Source of the DNA: an uncultured Alphaproteobacteria bacterium
GTDB lineage: Bacteria > Pseudomonadota > Alphaproteobacteria > Rs-D84
DNA: 51,318 nt
Reading direction: 5' to 3'
Assembly: GCA_944389645.1 (NCBI GenBank)
Contig: CALXMZ010000013.1
Span: 1 to 51,318, forward strand
In this document: positions 18,413 through 26,716 of the stretch, in pieces
How the letters are laid out: each line of letters begins with the position of its first letter
How positions within the stretch are numbered: position 1 is the first letter of the stretch
Position numbers and translations under genes: made by a program
The notes under the pieces: generated by a model
What the model was told of the DNA's origin: nothing
What the model saw: only the letters and a program-made list of their open reading frames with translations
The model's database searches: none

Positions 18413-18892
18413 GTGCAAAAAAGCAATCGTAATTTTATAATATTTATGAGACATAAACGTTTAAAACGTTTGTGGCAATTTTTCTTTACGGGCTGGGGAC
18501 TTGTCATGATAGTTGCTTTGATTGCCGGTACTATATTTACCAAACAGCTACTATGGACGCCGATTTCAGCTATAAACATGACAGACATTGTTAGCAATCA
18601 ATTTAAAATGTCCGGTGCTTTTTTTGTCGGCACCGATACAAAAGGCGAACCATTCAAAATAAAAGCAGAGAGTGCCCGCCAAGAATATGATAACCCAAAC
18701 ATAATATTTTTAGATAAAATATCTGGAACAACCAATAGAATATCAAACGATAAAAAAATAACAGATAATATTTCTGCTAATTCAGGTAGGTATGACAGAA
18801 AAGATAAAACTATAACATTAATTGATAATGTTCGTATAGACTCCAGCAACGGAGATAAAGTAAGAACAAATGAAATGGTGATAAAATTATGA
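18413..18892 (+). CDS. lptC: LPS export system protein LptC-like
   Basis: An N-terminal TM anchor is followed by a beta-rich periplasmic domain (..FKIKAESARQEY...ANSGRYDRKDKTITLIDNVRIDSSNGDKVRTNEMVIKL). Its stop overlaps the lptB start. The true start may be an internal Met. Confidence 0.6.
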   Translation: MQKSNRNFIIFMRHKRLKRLWQFFFTGWGLVMIVALIAGTIFTKQLLWTPISAINMTDIVSNQFKMSGAFFVGTDTKGEPFKIKAESARQEYDNPNIIFLDKISGTTNRISNDKKITDNISANSGRYDRKDKTITLIDNVRIDSSNGDKVRTNEMVIKL

Positions 18893-19617
18893 AACAATCA
18901 ATATTAAAAGTTCAACATTTATCAAAATCATACGGTAAACGTATGGTTATAAAAGATATATCATTGGAAGCAAAGCAAGGCGAATCAGTCGGTTTATTAG
19001 GTCCTAATGGTGCTGGTAAAACTACCGCATTTTATTGCATTACAGGGCAATTAAATGCAACTGGTGGACAAATATTTTTAAACTCTCAAGACATTACACA
19101 TTTACCGTTTTATCAACGTGCACGTTTACATATAGGCTACTTACCACAAGAAAATAGCGTATTTCGTGGCTTAACCGTAGAACAAAATATAATGGCAATC
19201 TTAGAAGTCATAGAATCAAGTAAAAAAAAGAGACAACAAAAGTTAGATGCTTTATTGGAAGAGTTTTCTATAGCGTCTTTAAGAAGAAGTCCTGCTACAG
19301 CACTGTCTGGTGGCGAACGCCGACGCGTAGAAATTGCACGCGCACTGGCAAATGATCCAAAATTTATTTTATTAGACGAACCATTTGCTGGTATTGACCC
19401 AATTGCAGTGAATGAAATACGAAGTCTTGTATCACAATTAAAAAACCGCGGTTTAGGCGTAATCATCACAGACCATAACGTTCGTGAAACACTAGGAATT
19501 ACAGACCGTAGTTATGTATTACACGACGGCAAAATTTTAAAACACGGCACAACATCAGAAATAGTAAAAGACGAAATGGTAAAAAAGGTTTATTTGGGTG
19601 AAGATTTCGTAATGTAA
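18889..19617 (+). CDS. lptB: LPS export ABC transporter ATP-binding protein LptB
   Basis: The motifs are Walker A GPNGAGKTT, signature LSGGERRRVEIAR and Walker B ILLDEPFAGIDP. The length is typical at 242 aa. Confidence 0.92.
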   Translation: MKQSILKVQHLSKSYGKRMVIKDISLEAKQGESVGLLGPNGAGKTTAFYCITGQLNATGGQIFLNSQDITHLPFYQRARLHIGYLPQENSVFRGLTVEQNIMAILEVIESSKKKRQQKLDALLEEFSIASLRRSPATALSGGERRRVEIARALANDPKFILLDEPFAGIDPIAVNEIRSLVSQLKNRGLGVIITDHNVRETLGITDRSYVLHDGKILKHGTTSEIVKDEMVKKVYLGEDFVM

Positions 19618-19640
19618 AAAATGCCTAAAAGGCATTTTTT
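19616..19640. terminator. bidirectional terminator between lptB and carD
   Basis: The sequence is aaaaaatgcc-taaaa-ggcatttttt. Confidence 0.6.
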
Positions 19641-19656
19641 AATTATTTTCCATTAA

Positions 19657-20217
19657 TCAATCTTCTTCTGTGTCTTCGTCGTCATCTTCAGCATCAACAG
19701 CATTTAAATCTATTTCTTTAGGAACACCTAAAATATCTTCAATTCTTTCAGAAGCAGTTTCTAAATCTATCTTATGTAAAACCGCAAACTCTTGAGCCAT
19801 ACGCTCCAAAGCCCTAAAATATAGTTGTCTTGCAGAAAAAGGCATCGGATCTTCAGCAGTACGTCGCTGCAAATCACGGACAACCTCTGCTAGCTTCATT
19901 GGGTCACCAGAGTTGATATTTTCTTCGTACTGAGCAGCTCTACGTGCCCATATCATACGTTTAGCTCCGGCTTTACCTTTCGCTGACGCAATGGCCTCAT
20001 TCATTTTTTTTATCGATGTTACCGGTCGAAGTCCCGAAATTTCGGCTCTTTCAACTGGCACTCGCAACGTCATATGATTACGTTCAAAATCAATGACCAA
20101 CATTTTTACTTTCTGACCAGCAACAGTTTGCTCTTCAATCTTAACGAGTTTACCAACGCCCTGTGTCGGATAAACTACATATTGTCCCGTTTTAAAATCT
20201 AACTTTTTACTTGGCAT
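19657..20217 (-). CDS. carD: CarD/CdnL family transcriptional regulator with acidic C-terminal tail
   Basis: FKTGQYVVYPTQGVGKLVKIEEQ..MLVIDF..MTLRVPV..SGLRP matches the CarD_CdnL_TRCF N-domain. The tail reads DAEDDDEDTEED. Confidence 0.88.
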   Translation of the reverse strand: MPSKKLDFKTGQYVVYPTQGVGKLVKIEEQTVAGQKVKMLVIDFERNHMTLRVPVERAEISGLRPVTSIKKMNEAIASAKGKAGAKRMIWARRAAQYEENINSGDPMKLAEVVRDLQRRTAEDPMPFSARQLYFRALERMAQEFAVLHKIDLETASERIEDILGVPKEIDLNAVDAEDDDEDTEED

Positions 20218-20304
20218 AATTTAGATACCTTTAACGTTGCCATTCTCTCTATCTGAAGCATTATATCATAAAAAAAATGAAAAAACAATAAATGACTAAA
20301 AAAT

Positions 20305-20328
20305 AAAAAGCACCCATTTGGGTGCTTT
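20305..20328 (-). terminator. intrinsic terminator after the 20332-20895 gene
   Basis: On the minus strand the hairpin gcaccc-aaat-gggtgc is followed by tttttatttttt. Confidence 0.6.
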
Positions 20329-20331
20329 ACC

Positions 20332-20895
20332 CTATCTTATAGAACGCCTTAAAGTCGTAGTTCCTGTTCTCCGGATACTAGATTCTCTACTACCCGTTGT
20401 TGTTCCCTTTGAAACAGCACAAACCCATTCATCACCCTGTAATATGGCAGTTTCTCCTTCTGGACATTCCGGTTTTTCTAAACGCCACACAAAACAACTA
20501 CCCTTTTGATACGCTATATAAGTAGCGTTATCTGCACCAGCACGAGTATAAGCACCATACTCAGAATTCCAAACCCCAGGCGTTTCACCGCTACACCATT
20601 TTCTATCACCGAAACATTCAATACAATTATTTTTCGCGTCGCACAGCTCTACTGGTGCAGAAGTAGTTTTATAACCGCTTGCAGCATTTTTACCGTTTCC
20701 CATAGATTTACCAGTTTCTAGATCTCTACACCATAATTTCTGACACTCTGCCGCATCGACTCCATCTATATCAGAATGTGAAACCAAAATATACCCTGGA
20801 CCACACGAAGTAAACTTATCTGCAGAAAACCCCGAAAAAATGCAACCAATAGATATACAAATAGAATATAAAAACGAATAATAAATTTTTTTCAT
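20332..20895 (-). CDS. small secreted Cys-rich protein with S/T/R-rich C-terminal tail
   Basis: This 187-aa protein has a signal peptide, the motifs SCGPGY and ECPEGE, about 14 Cys and the tail GTTTGSRESSIRRTGTTTLRRSIR. Confidence 0.75.
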   Translation of the reverse strand: MKKIYYSFLYSICISIGCIFSGFSADKFTSCGPGYILVSHSDIDGVDAAECQKLWCRDLETGKSMGNGKNAASGYKTTSAPVELCDAKNNCIECFGDRKWCSGETPGVWNSEYGAYTRAGADNATYIAYQKGSCFVWRLEKPECPEGETAILQGDEWVCAVSKGTTTGSRESSIRRTGTTTLRRSIR

Positions 20896-20966
20896 AAAAA
20901 ATCCCTCTATACAACATTACATTCTACACACTTAAGCATTTTTTTGCAAACATCTTTTACGTTTTA

Positions 20967-21395
20967 TCATTGCCCCAAACCCGCCGGTGAAAAACGCCCT
21001 ATATTATTAAACAACTCTTCCAACGCATTTAATTCTATAGCTGCCGGTATATCAGTTTCTCCTTCTTGTACGGAAACTTTAGGCAAGTCTTTATCAGATA
21101 AAAACTTAAATTGATCAACATTTTTTTCATCAACCCACACCAATAAAACTTTTTTATTATCGTACTTCAAGGGCAAAGGTCCACGGTAGTTTTCATCTGC
21201 CCCATAGTAAATCCAAACTTCATCACCAAAAATTGTCCTAGCCTGAGGCGAACCTACTTTTTCTTCCAATTGAGCAACCGTTTTTACCGACTTTAGCTGA
21301 GTTTCTAAATTTTCAGGGAAAACGTAACCACGATGCTTGGTTTGAAAAGTACAACCCGAAAGTAAAACACAAAAAAACAAAAACAATTTCTTCAT
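20967..21395 (-). CDS. bamE: outer membrane protein assembly factor BamE (SmpA/OmlA lipoprotein)
   Basis: The lipobox is LLSGC. HRGYVFPEN..VGSPQARTIFGDEVWIYY.. and the C-terminal ..LFNNIGRF are typical of alphaproteobacterial BamE. Confidence 0.8.
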   Translation of the reverse strand: MKKLFLFFCVLLSGCTFQTKHRGYVFPENLETQLKSVKTVAQLEEKVGSPQARTIFGDEVWIYYGADENYRGPLPLKYDNKKVLLVWVDEKNVDQFKFLSDKDLPKVSVQEGETDIPAAIELNALEELFNNIGRFSPAGLGQ

Positions 21396-21496
21396 AAGTC
21401 AAACTTAGCACTATTTACCAACATAACGCAATAAGAAATCACATATATATTTCATAAAGTTATCTTAAATACGTATAAACCTTAAACATAAATTAT

Positions 21497-21520
21497 AAAA
21501 ACGGGCATTGCCCGTTTTTT
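21497..21520 (-). terminator. intrinsic terminator directly after nifJ
   Basis: On the minus strand the sequence reads aaaaaaaacgggc-aat-gcccgtttttat. Confidence 0.65.
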
Positions 21521-24500
21521 TTACCCTTCCCCATTTTCTTTTACTTCTGGGGAGTTCATCATTGCAAAATGAGCAATATATTTTTTTAGCTCACTTTTAT
21601 ACTTATTATTTTCTTTAGCCTCCTCAACTAAACGATCAAAATTTGGGTTAGCTGCACGCGCAGCCCCGAAACGACTTTCAGTTTTCAAGAATTCTTCCAA
21701 AGGTGTCGGATTATCAACATTAGAATCCAACATTAATGGATTTTTACCTTCTTCTATCAACCGTGGATCAAACCTATAAAGAGGCCATGCACCTGTATTT
21801 ACCATTTGCATTTGGTGTTCTGGGCCGTTTTGCAACGCAAAGCCATGTGCAATACATGGAGCATAAGCTAATATTATAGACGGACCGTTAAAAGCTTCTG
21901 CCTCACGAAAAGCGCGAATCGCTTGTGCTTGATTTGCCCCCAAAGCAATTTGCGCAACATAGGCACCAGACATCATAGCGATCATACCTAAATCTTTCTT
22001 TGCATGCTCTTTCCCACCGATTGCAAACTTCATACTTGCCCCGAAAGGCGTTGACTTAGACTGCTGTCCGCCAGTATTAGAATAGCCTTCTGTATCCAAG
22101 ACCAATATATTTACATTTTCGCCGCTATGTAATATGTGATCCAATCCACCGTAACCGATATCATATGCCCAACCATCACCACCGATAATCCATACGGACT
22201 TATTTACAATTTCACCTAACAAACTAATGGCTAACTTTGCGCGTGGCGAATCGATTTTTGCTAATAAATTTCGCAAGTTATTTTCTATTTCGCGCTGTTT
22301 ATCGGGGTTAGTTTCGGCAAACAGATCTTCTACATTCTGAACATTTAATTCGAATAATAAACCTTTCAAAGTATTCCGTTTCTGATTTAACGCCAAACGC
22401 ATACCTAAACCATATTCTGCATTATCTTCAAACAACGAATTAGACCATGCGGGACCGCGACCGTTCGCATCACAAGTCCACGGAGTTGTAGGAAGATTGG
22501 CCCCATAAATAGAAGAACACCCTGTTGCATTTGCAACCACCATTCTATCACCAAATAAATGAGCTAGCATCTTTATATACGGAGTTTCACCACAACCAGC
22601 GCATGCCCCCGGGAATTCAAAATAATGAGGTAATAGCTCTACATGTTTTGGGATATTCAAGTTTAATTTATCTTTAGGAAAATCCGGTAATTTTACGGAC
22701 GCATCGAAAGCTTTTTGATTTTCTGCAGCATCTTTCATAGGCATCATAGACAGTGCCTTTACAGGACAATTTTTGACGCAAACATTACATCCCGTACAAT
22801 CTGCAGGGGAAACATTCAATGTAAAATACATATTTTGCCCAAGTTCAGTCGTCTTCATAGGAACAACAATTATACCAGCCTCACGAGCTTCATTAGCCTG
22901 CTGTTCTGTCATAACCTTGATACGTATTGCCGCATGTGGACACAACATAGAACACTTACCGCACTGGATACATTTTGATAAATCACAAGTAGCAACTTTA
23001 TCTGATATAGCACGTTTTTCATATTTAGCGGTACCGACAGGGTATTGACCTGCTCCGAATTCCCCATCTACTTTAAAACGAGAGACCGGCAAAGTATCTC
23101 CACGCTGAGCAGCCATTTCTCCCAATGTTCCGGCAATTTCTGCAGGTGTATCCAATGTCATAGCAGGTACAAAATCCGGAGCAAAATTAGAGATAGATGA
23201 AGGTAATTTATATTCTTGCAAGAATTCTCCGGCCTTATCTACTGCTGTCCAGTTAGCCTTTACAACATCCATACCCTTTTTCTTATAAGTCTTTTCAATT
23301 GCTACCTTAGCACTTTTAGCTGCAACAACAGGATCGATTACTTTCGTCAAATTAAAGAAGTTAAGCATTATAAAAGTATTTATTCTATTCCCCAACCCCA
23401 ATTCTGCTGCGGCTCGATTCGCGTCTAAAAAGAATACACGCGCACGCATTCTGATTAAATGTTCTTGACTTTCGCGAGGCAGATTTGCAAACGCTACTTC
23501 TGGGGACATAGAAGTATTAATCATTACTATCCCCCCTGCCCGTAACCCCTTAAATATATCAAACCGTTGGGCGATCATAAAATTAGAAACACTGATAAAG
23601 TCCGCAACTTCTATTAAATATTGACTTTTTATCGGTTCGTCTGAGAAACGCACATGTGAAGCAGTAAGCCCACCCGACTTCTTAGAGTCATACACAGCAT
23701 AAGACTGGGGATACAAATCAGAATTTTCCCCGACAATCTTGACAATATTTTTTACTGCACCGACAGTACCATCAGAACCGATACCATATAAAATAGCCGT
23801 TTTAAAATTAGGCGCTTCAACTGCGAATGCAGGGTCTGTTTTCAAAGAAAGATCTGTCAAATCATCATCAATACCGACTGTAAAGTTGTGGTGCAATTTA
23901 CCTAGCATTAAGTTTTCATATACAGCTTTTACGTCACGCGGTTTAAATTCTTTACTACCTAACCCATATCTTCCACCAAAAACTTCTGCGGAATCCCCGA
24001 TAACAGTCTTTATATCTTGATACAACGGTTCACCTATTGCCCCAGGTTCTTTCGTTCTGTCTAAGACAGCAATTCTTTTAACGTTTTTTGGTAAAGAACG
24101 TAAGAAAGACTCACATGGGAAAGGTCTAAACAAATGAACTTTTAAAAGCCCCAACCCCTTTGGTAAATAAGGTAAGGTTTCTTCTATTGTTTCACAAGCA
24201 CTTCCCATAGCAACTATAACATTTTCTGCATTTGGGTCACCGACATAATCAACCAAATTATATTGTCTACCTGTTAACTTAGCAAATTTATCCATACAAT
24301 CCTGAACTATATCAGGCGTTTTCATATACAAAGGATTTGAAGCCTCACGCCCCTGGAAATAAACATCTGGATTTTGTGCAGTACCACGAATAGTAGGTTT
24401 ATCTGGGCTCATACCGCGCTCACGATTTTTCAAGACCAGATCTTCTGGTATCATTTCACGCAAAACGTCATCACTTATTCTATCAAGTCTAGATTCTTCA

Positions 24501-25027
24501 TGACTTGTACGGAAACCGTCAAAGAAATGCAAGAAAGGAACGCGAGCACGCAAAGTTGCCGCATGTGCGATTGCCGCTAAATCATGAGCCTGCTGAACGT
24601 TATGACTTGACAACAAAGCAAATCCAGTTGAACGAACCGACATAACATCGCTATGATCACCGAAAATAGATAACGCATGCGTTGCCAAAGCACGTGCAGC
24701 TACATGCATAACAAAAGGTGTCTGCTCACCCGCAATCTTATACATATTAGGGATCATCAATAACAAACCCTGAGATGCAGTAAAAGTTGTTGCAATTGCC
24801 CCCATTTGCAAAGCACCATGCATAGCACCTGCCGCCCCACCCTCAGATTGCATTTCTATAATTTCTGGGATTGCCCCCCAAACATTTTTCTTATGCTGAA
24901 AAGCCCATTCATCCGCTAATTCACCCATGGTGCTACTTGGTGTAATGGGGTAAATAGCTGCGAAATCTACACATCTATATGCGACATCTGCTGCCGCCCA
25001 ATTCCCGTCAACAATTAAATTTGCCAT
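21521..25027 (-). CDS. nifJ: pyruvate:ferredoxin (flavodoxin) oxidoreductase, single-polypeptide type
   Basis: This 1168-aa protein has two ferredoxin-type clusters (CIQCGKCSMLCPHAAI and CTGCNVCVKNCPVKAL) and the TPP-binding GGDGWAYDIGYGGLDH. Confidence 0.95.
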   Translation of the reverse strand: MANLIVDGNWAAADVAYRCVDFAAIYPITPSSTMGELADEWAFQHKKNVWGAIPEIIEMQSEGGAAGAMHGALQMGAIATTFTASQGLLLMIPNMYKIAGEQTPFVMHVAARALATHALSIFGDHSDVMSVRSTGFALLSSHNVQQAHDLAAIAHAATLRARVPFLHFFDGFRTSHEESRLDRISDDVLREMIPEDLVLKNRERGMSPDKPTIRGTAQNPDVYFQGREASNPLYMKTPDIVQDCMDKFAKLTGRQYNLVDYVGDPNAENVIVAMGSACETIEETLPYLPKGLGLLKVHLFRPFPCESFLRSLPKNVKRIAVLDRTKEPGAIGEPLYQDIKTVIGDSAEVFGGRYGLGSKEFKPRDVKAVYENLMLGKLHHNFTVGIDDDLTDLSLKTDPAFAVEAPNFKTAILYGIGSDGTVGAVKNIVKIVGENSDLYPQSYAVYDSKKSGGLTASHVRFSDEPIKSQYLIEVADFISVSNFMIAQRFDIFKGLRAGGIVMINTSMSPEVAFANLPRESQEHLIRMRARVFFLDANRAAAELGLGNRINTFIMLNFFNLTKVIDPVVAAKSAKVAIEKTYKKKGMDVVKANWTAVDKAGEFLQEYKLPSSISNFAPDFVPAMTLDTPAEIAGTLGEMAAQRGDTLPVSRFKVDGEFGAGQYPVGTAKYEKRAISDKVATCDLSKCIQCGKCSMLCPHAAIRIKVMTEQQANEAREAGIIVVPMKTTELGQNMYFTLNVSPADCTGCNVCVKNCPVKALSMMPMKDAAENQKAFDASVKLPDFPKDKLNLNIPKHVELLPHYFEFPGACAGCGETPYIKMLAHLFGDRMVVANATGCSSIYGANLPTTPWTCDANGRGPAWSNSLFEDNAEYGLGMRLALNQKRNTLKGLLFELNVQNVEDLFAETNPDKQREIENNLRNLLAKIDSPRAKLAISLLGEIVNKSVWIIGGDGWAYDIGYGGLDHILHSGENVNILVLDTEGYSNTGGQQSKSTPFGASMKFAIGGKEHAKKDLGMIAMMSGAYVAQIALGANQAQAIRAFREAEAFNGPSIILAYAPCIAHGFALQNGPEHQMQMVNTGAWPLYRFDPRLIEEGKNPLMLDSNVDNPTPLEEFLKTESRFGAARAANPNFDRLVEEAKENNKYKSELKKYIAHFAMMNSPEVKENGEG

Positions 25028-25107
25028 TTTTTATTCCTTAAAATTATACCGGCTAAATGATACCCCCAATTAAAGAGTAAGGCAAGTTTTATTAACAAAT
25101 AACGTAT

Positions 25108-25133
25108 AAAAAAGAGGCTTAAAAGCCTCTTTC
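25108..25133 (-). terminator. intrinsic terminator after LRR gene 1
   Basis: On the minus strand the hairpin agaggc-ttttaa-gcctct is followed by tttttat. Confidence 0.6.
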
Positions 25134-25141
25134 TTCTAGAT

Positions 25142-25831
25142 TTATCTTGAATGTGACGGTATTATCTCACCGTTTTTTATTCTTAAAGTATTACCATATA
25201 ATTCCAATAAGTCTTTATGTGCTGACGTACCACTGATTTCCATACGTTCACATTCTTCAATATGTTCCAACCCCAAATTCGATAAATTAGGATTATGAGA
25301 ACAATCATAATGCAATATTTTTTTAGGTCCACCAACTAAAGATTCTATGTAATTAAAACCGCATTCTATCTTTTCCAGATTATATGGCGCACCATTTAAA
25401 GTTTTTAATTTATTAGCAATACAATTAAGACTTTTTAAATGTTTTAATTTTTTTATACCATCAAGATCTATCAAATCATTATGACAACAAATAAGATAAC
25501 TAAGATTTTCTGGTACCCATTTTAAAGTTTTTATTCTGTTCCAAGAACAATCTATAAGCTTAGATTCTTTTGGACAATATTGTAAATCCGATAACATATT
25601 AAAACTACAGATAAGGTAATATGCATAATATGGCGCACCTTTTAAACTTGTTAACCCGTTTCTAGAAATATCAAGTACCCCATGTACTTTAATTGTAGAT
25701 AAATCCGGTAATTCTTTTAAGTCCATATCAGATAAATCAAGATCACCTTTTCTAAAAAAATTTTTCGGTAAATTAAAAATATCGTACACTTTGCCTTCTT
25801 GCGTAAAATATCTTTTATTTTCATTTTTCAT
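25142..25831 (-). CDS. leucine-rich-repeat protein (Cys-containing ~21-23 aa repeats), paralogue 1
   Basis: The repeats have the form ..L.G.P.....L.C..N.L..L.. (for example LKGAPYYAYYLICSFNMLSDLQ and LNGAPYNLEKIECGFNYIESLVG). The likely start is MKNENKRYF at 25829-25831, preceded by an AAAGGA SD. There is no signal peptide. Confidence 0.75.
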   Translation of the reverse strand: MKNENKRYFTQEGKVYDIFNLPKNFFRKGDLDLSDMDLKELPDLSTIKVHGVLDISRNGLTSLKGAPYYAYYLICSFNMLSDLQYCPKESKLIDCSWNRIKTLKWVPENLSYLICCHNDLIDLDGIKKLKHLKSLNCIANKLKTLNGAPYNLEKIECGFNYIESLVGGPKKILHYDCSHNPNLSNLGLEHIEECERMEISGTSAHKDLLELYGNTLRIKNGEIIPSHSR

Positions 25832-26105
25832 ATATAAATCCTTTTTTGACCGAATATTTATAACAAACTTTTTTCTTTTGTCAACAAAAAAATATTTTGT
25901 CAAAAAACAGCTAAGAAAAAATCAACTACAAACAAACAGATAGACCGCATATTAATTTCTAAAATCAGGAATTTTTTCTATAAAAACGGTTCTATAAAAC
26001 AATTATTTTTCATATTTTTATTGAAATGATAACATCTCTATAATAAATTAAAGGAAACGACGAATTAATTGAAAAAACTTCTAAAAAATCTTTAAAAAAG
26101 AAGAA

Positions 26106-26615
26106 TTATCTAGTTTTTGATGTCCAAACCTTACCATTTTTTATTCTCAAGCGATTATAAAAAGGTTCATAAAAATTATAAATAAAATTATCAAAAAAAA
26201 TAAAATTATCACAATCAGACGGCATATAATCAAAATTTATTAGGTCGTTACCAGAACAGTCGTATACCGTTGCTTTTTTAGGACCATATTTTAAAGAGGT
26301 CAACCGATTACCACAACATAAAAACTCTTTTACACATTCAGGAGCCCCCAACAAACTTCTTAAATTACAATAAGAACAATCATATTCAGTGGCATATTTA
26401 GGACCATTTAACAAATTATAAAAATTATTATATGAACAATTAAAAATCCCCTGTACAACAATAGTTGATAAATTTGGTAAACAATTTAACCCCATATTAG
26501 ATATATCTAAATTGCCCTTTACTACAAACCCATTAGGTAAATTAAATATGTCGTATTTCTGACCATCCTGCACAAAATATCTTTTAGAAAGTTTTCTAGA
26601 CATTAATACACCCAT
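26106..26615 (-). CDS. leucine-rich-repeat protein, shorter paralogue 2
   Basis: It shares the N-terminal RYF.Q.G..YDIFNLP..F..KG.LD.S.M.L..LP.LSTI and the C-terminal LRIKNG.....S..R with paralogue 1. The start may be the second Met (26603). Confidence 0.7.
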   Translation of the reverse strand: MGVLMSRKLSKRYFVQDGQKYDIFNLPNGFVVKGNLDISNMGLNCLPNLSTIVVQGIFNCSYNNFYNLLNGPKYATEYDCSYCNLRSLLGAPECVKEFLCCGNRLTSLKYGPKKATVYDCSGNDLINFDYMPSDCDNFIFFDNFIYNFYEPFYNRLRIKNGKVWTSKTR

Positions 26616-26691
26616 TTATAAATTAAATACTTGTAAAGCACAATCAAAGTGTATACACAATATATTTTTTGTCAAATATATTTATAAAAAT

Positions 26692-26716
26692 AAAAAAGCG
26701 GATTGTCCGCTTTTTT
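26692..26716 (-). terminator. intrinsic terminator overlapping the ctpA stop codon
   Basis: On the minus strand the sequence reads taaaaaagcgga-caa-tccgctttttt. Confidence 0.6.

Noticed and set aside
22715-24580. Several 68-93-aa plus-strand ORFs inside nifJ. Similar antisense ORFs occur inside eno, tsf, rho, polA and other genes.
   Set aside because: They are antisense to highly conserved genes, have no translation signals, and are short.
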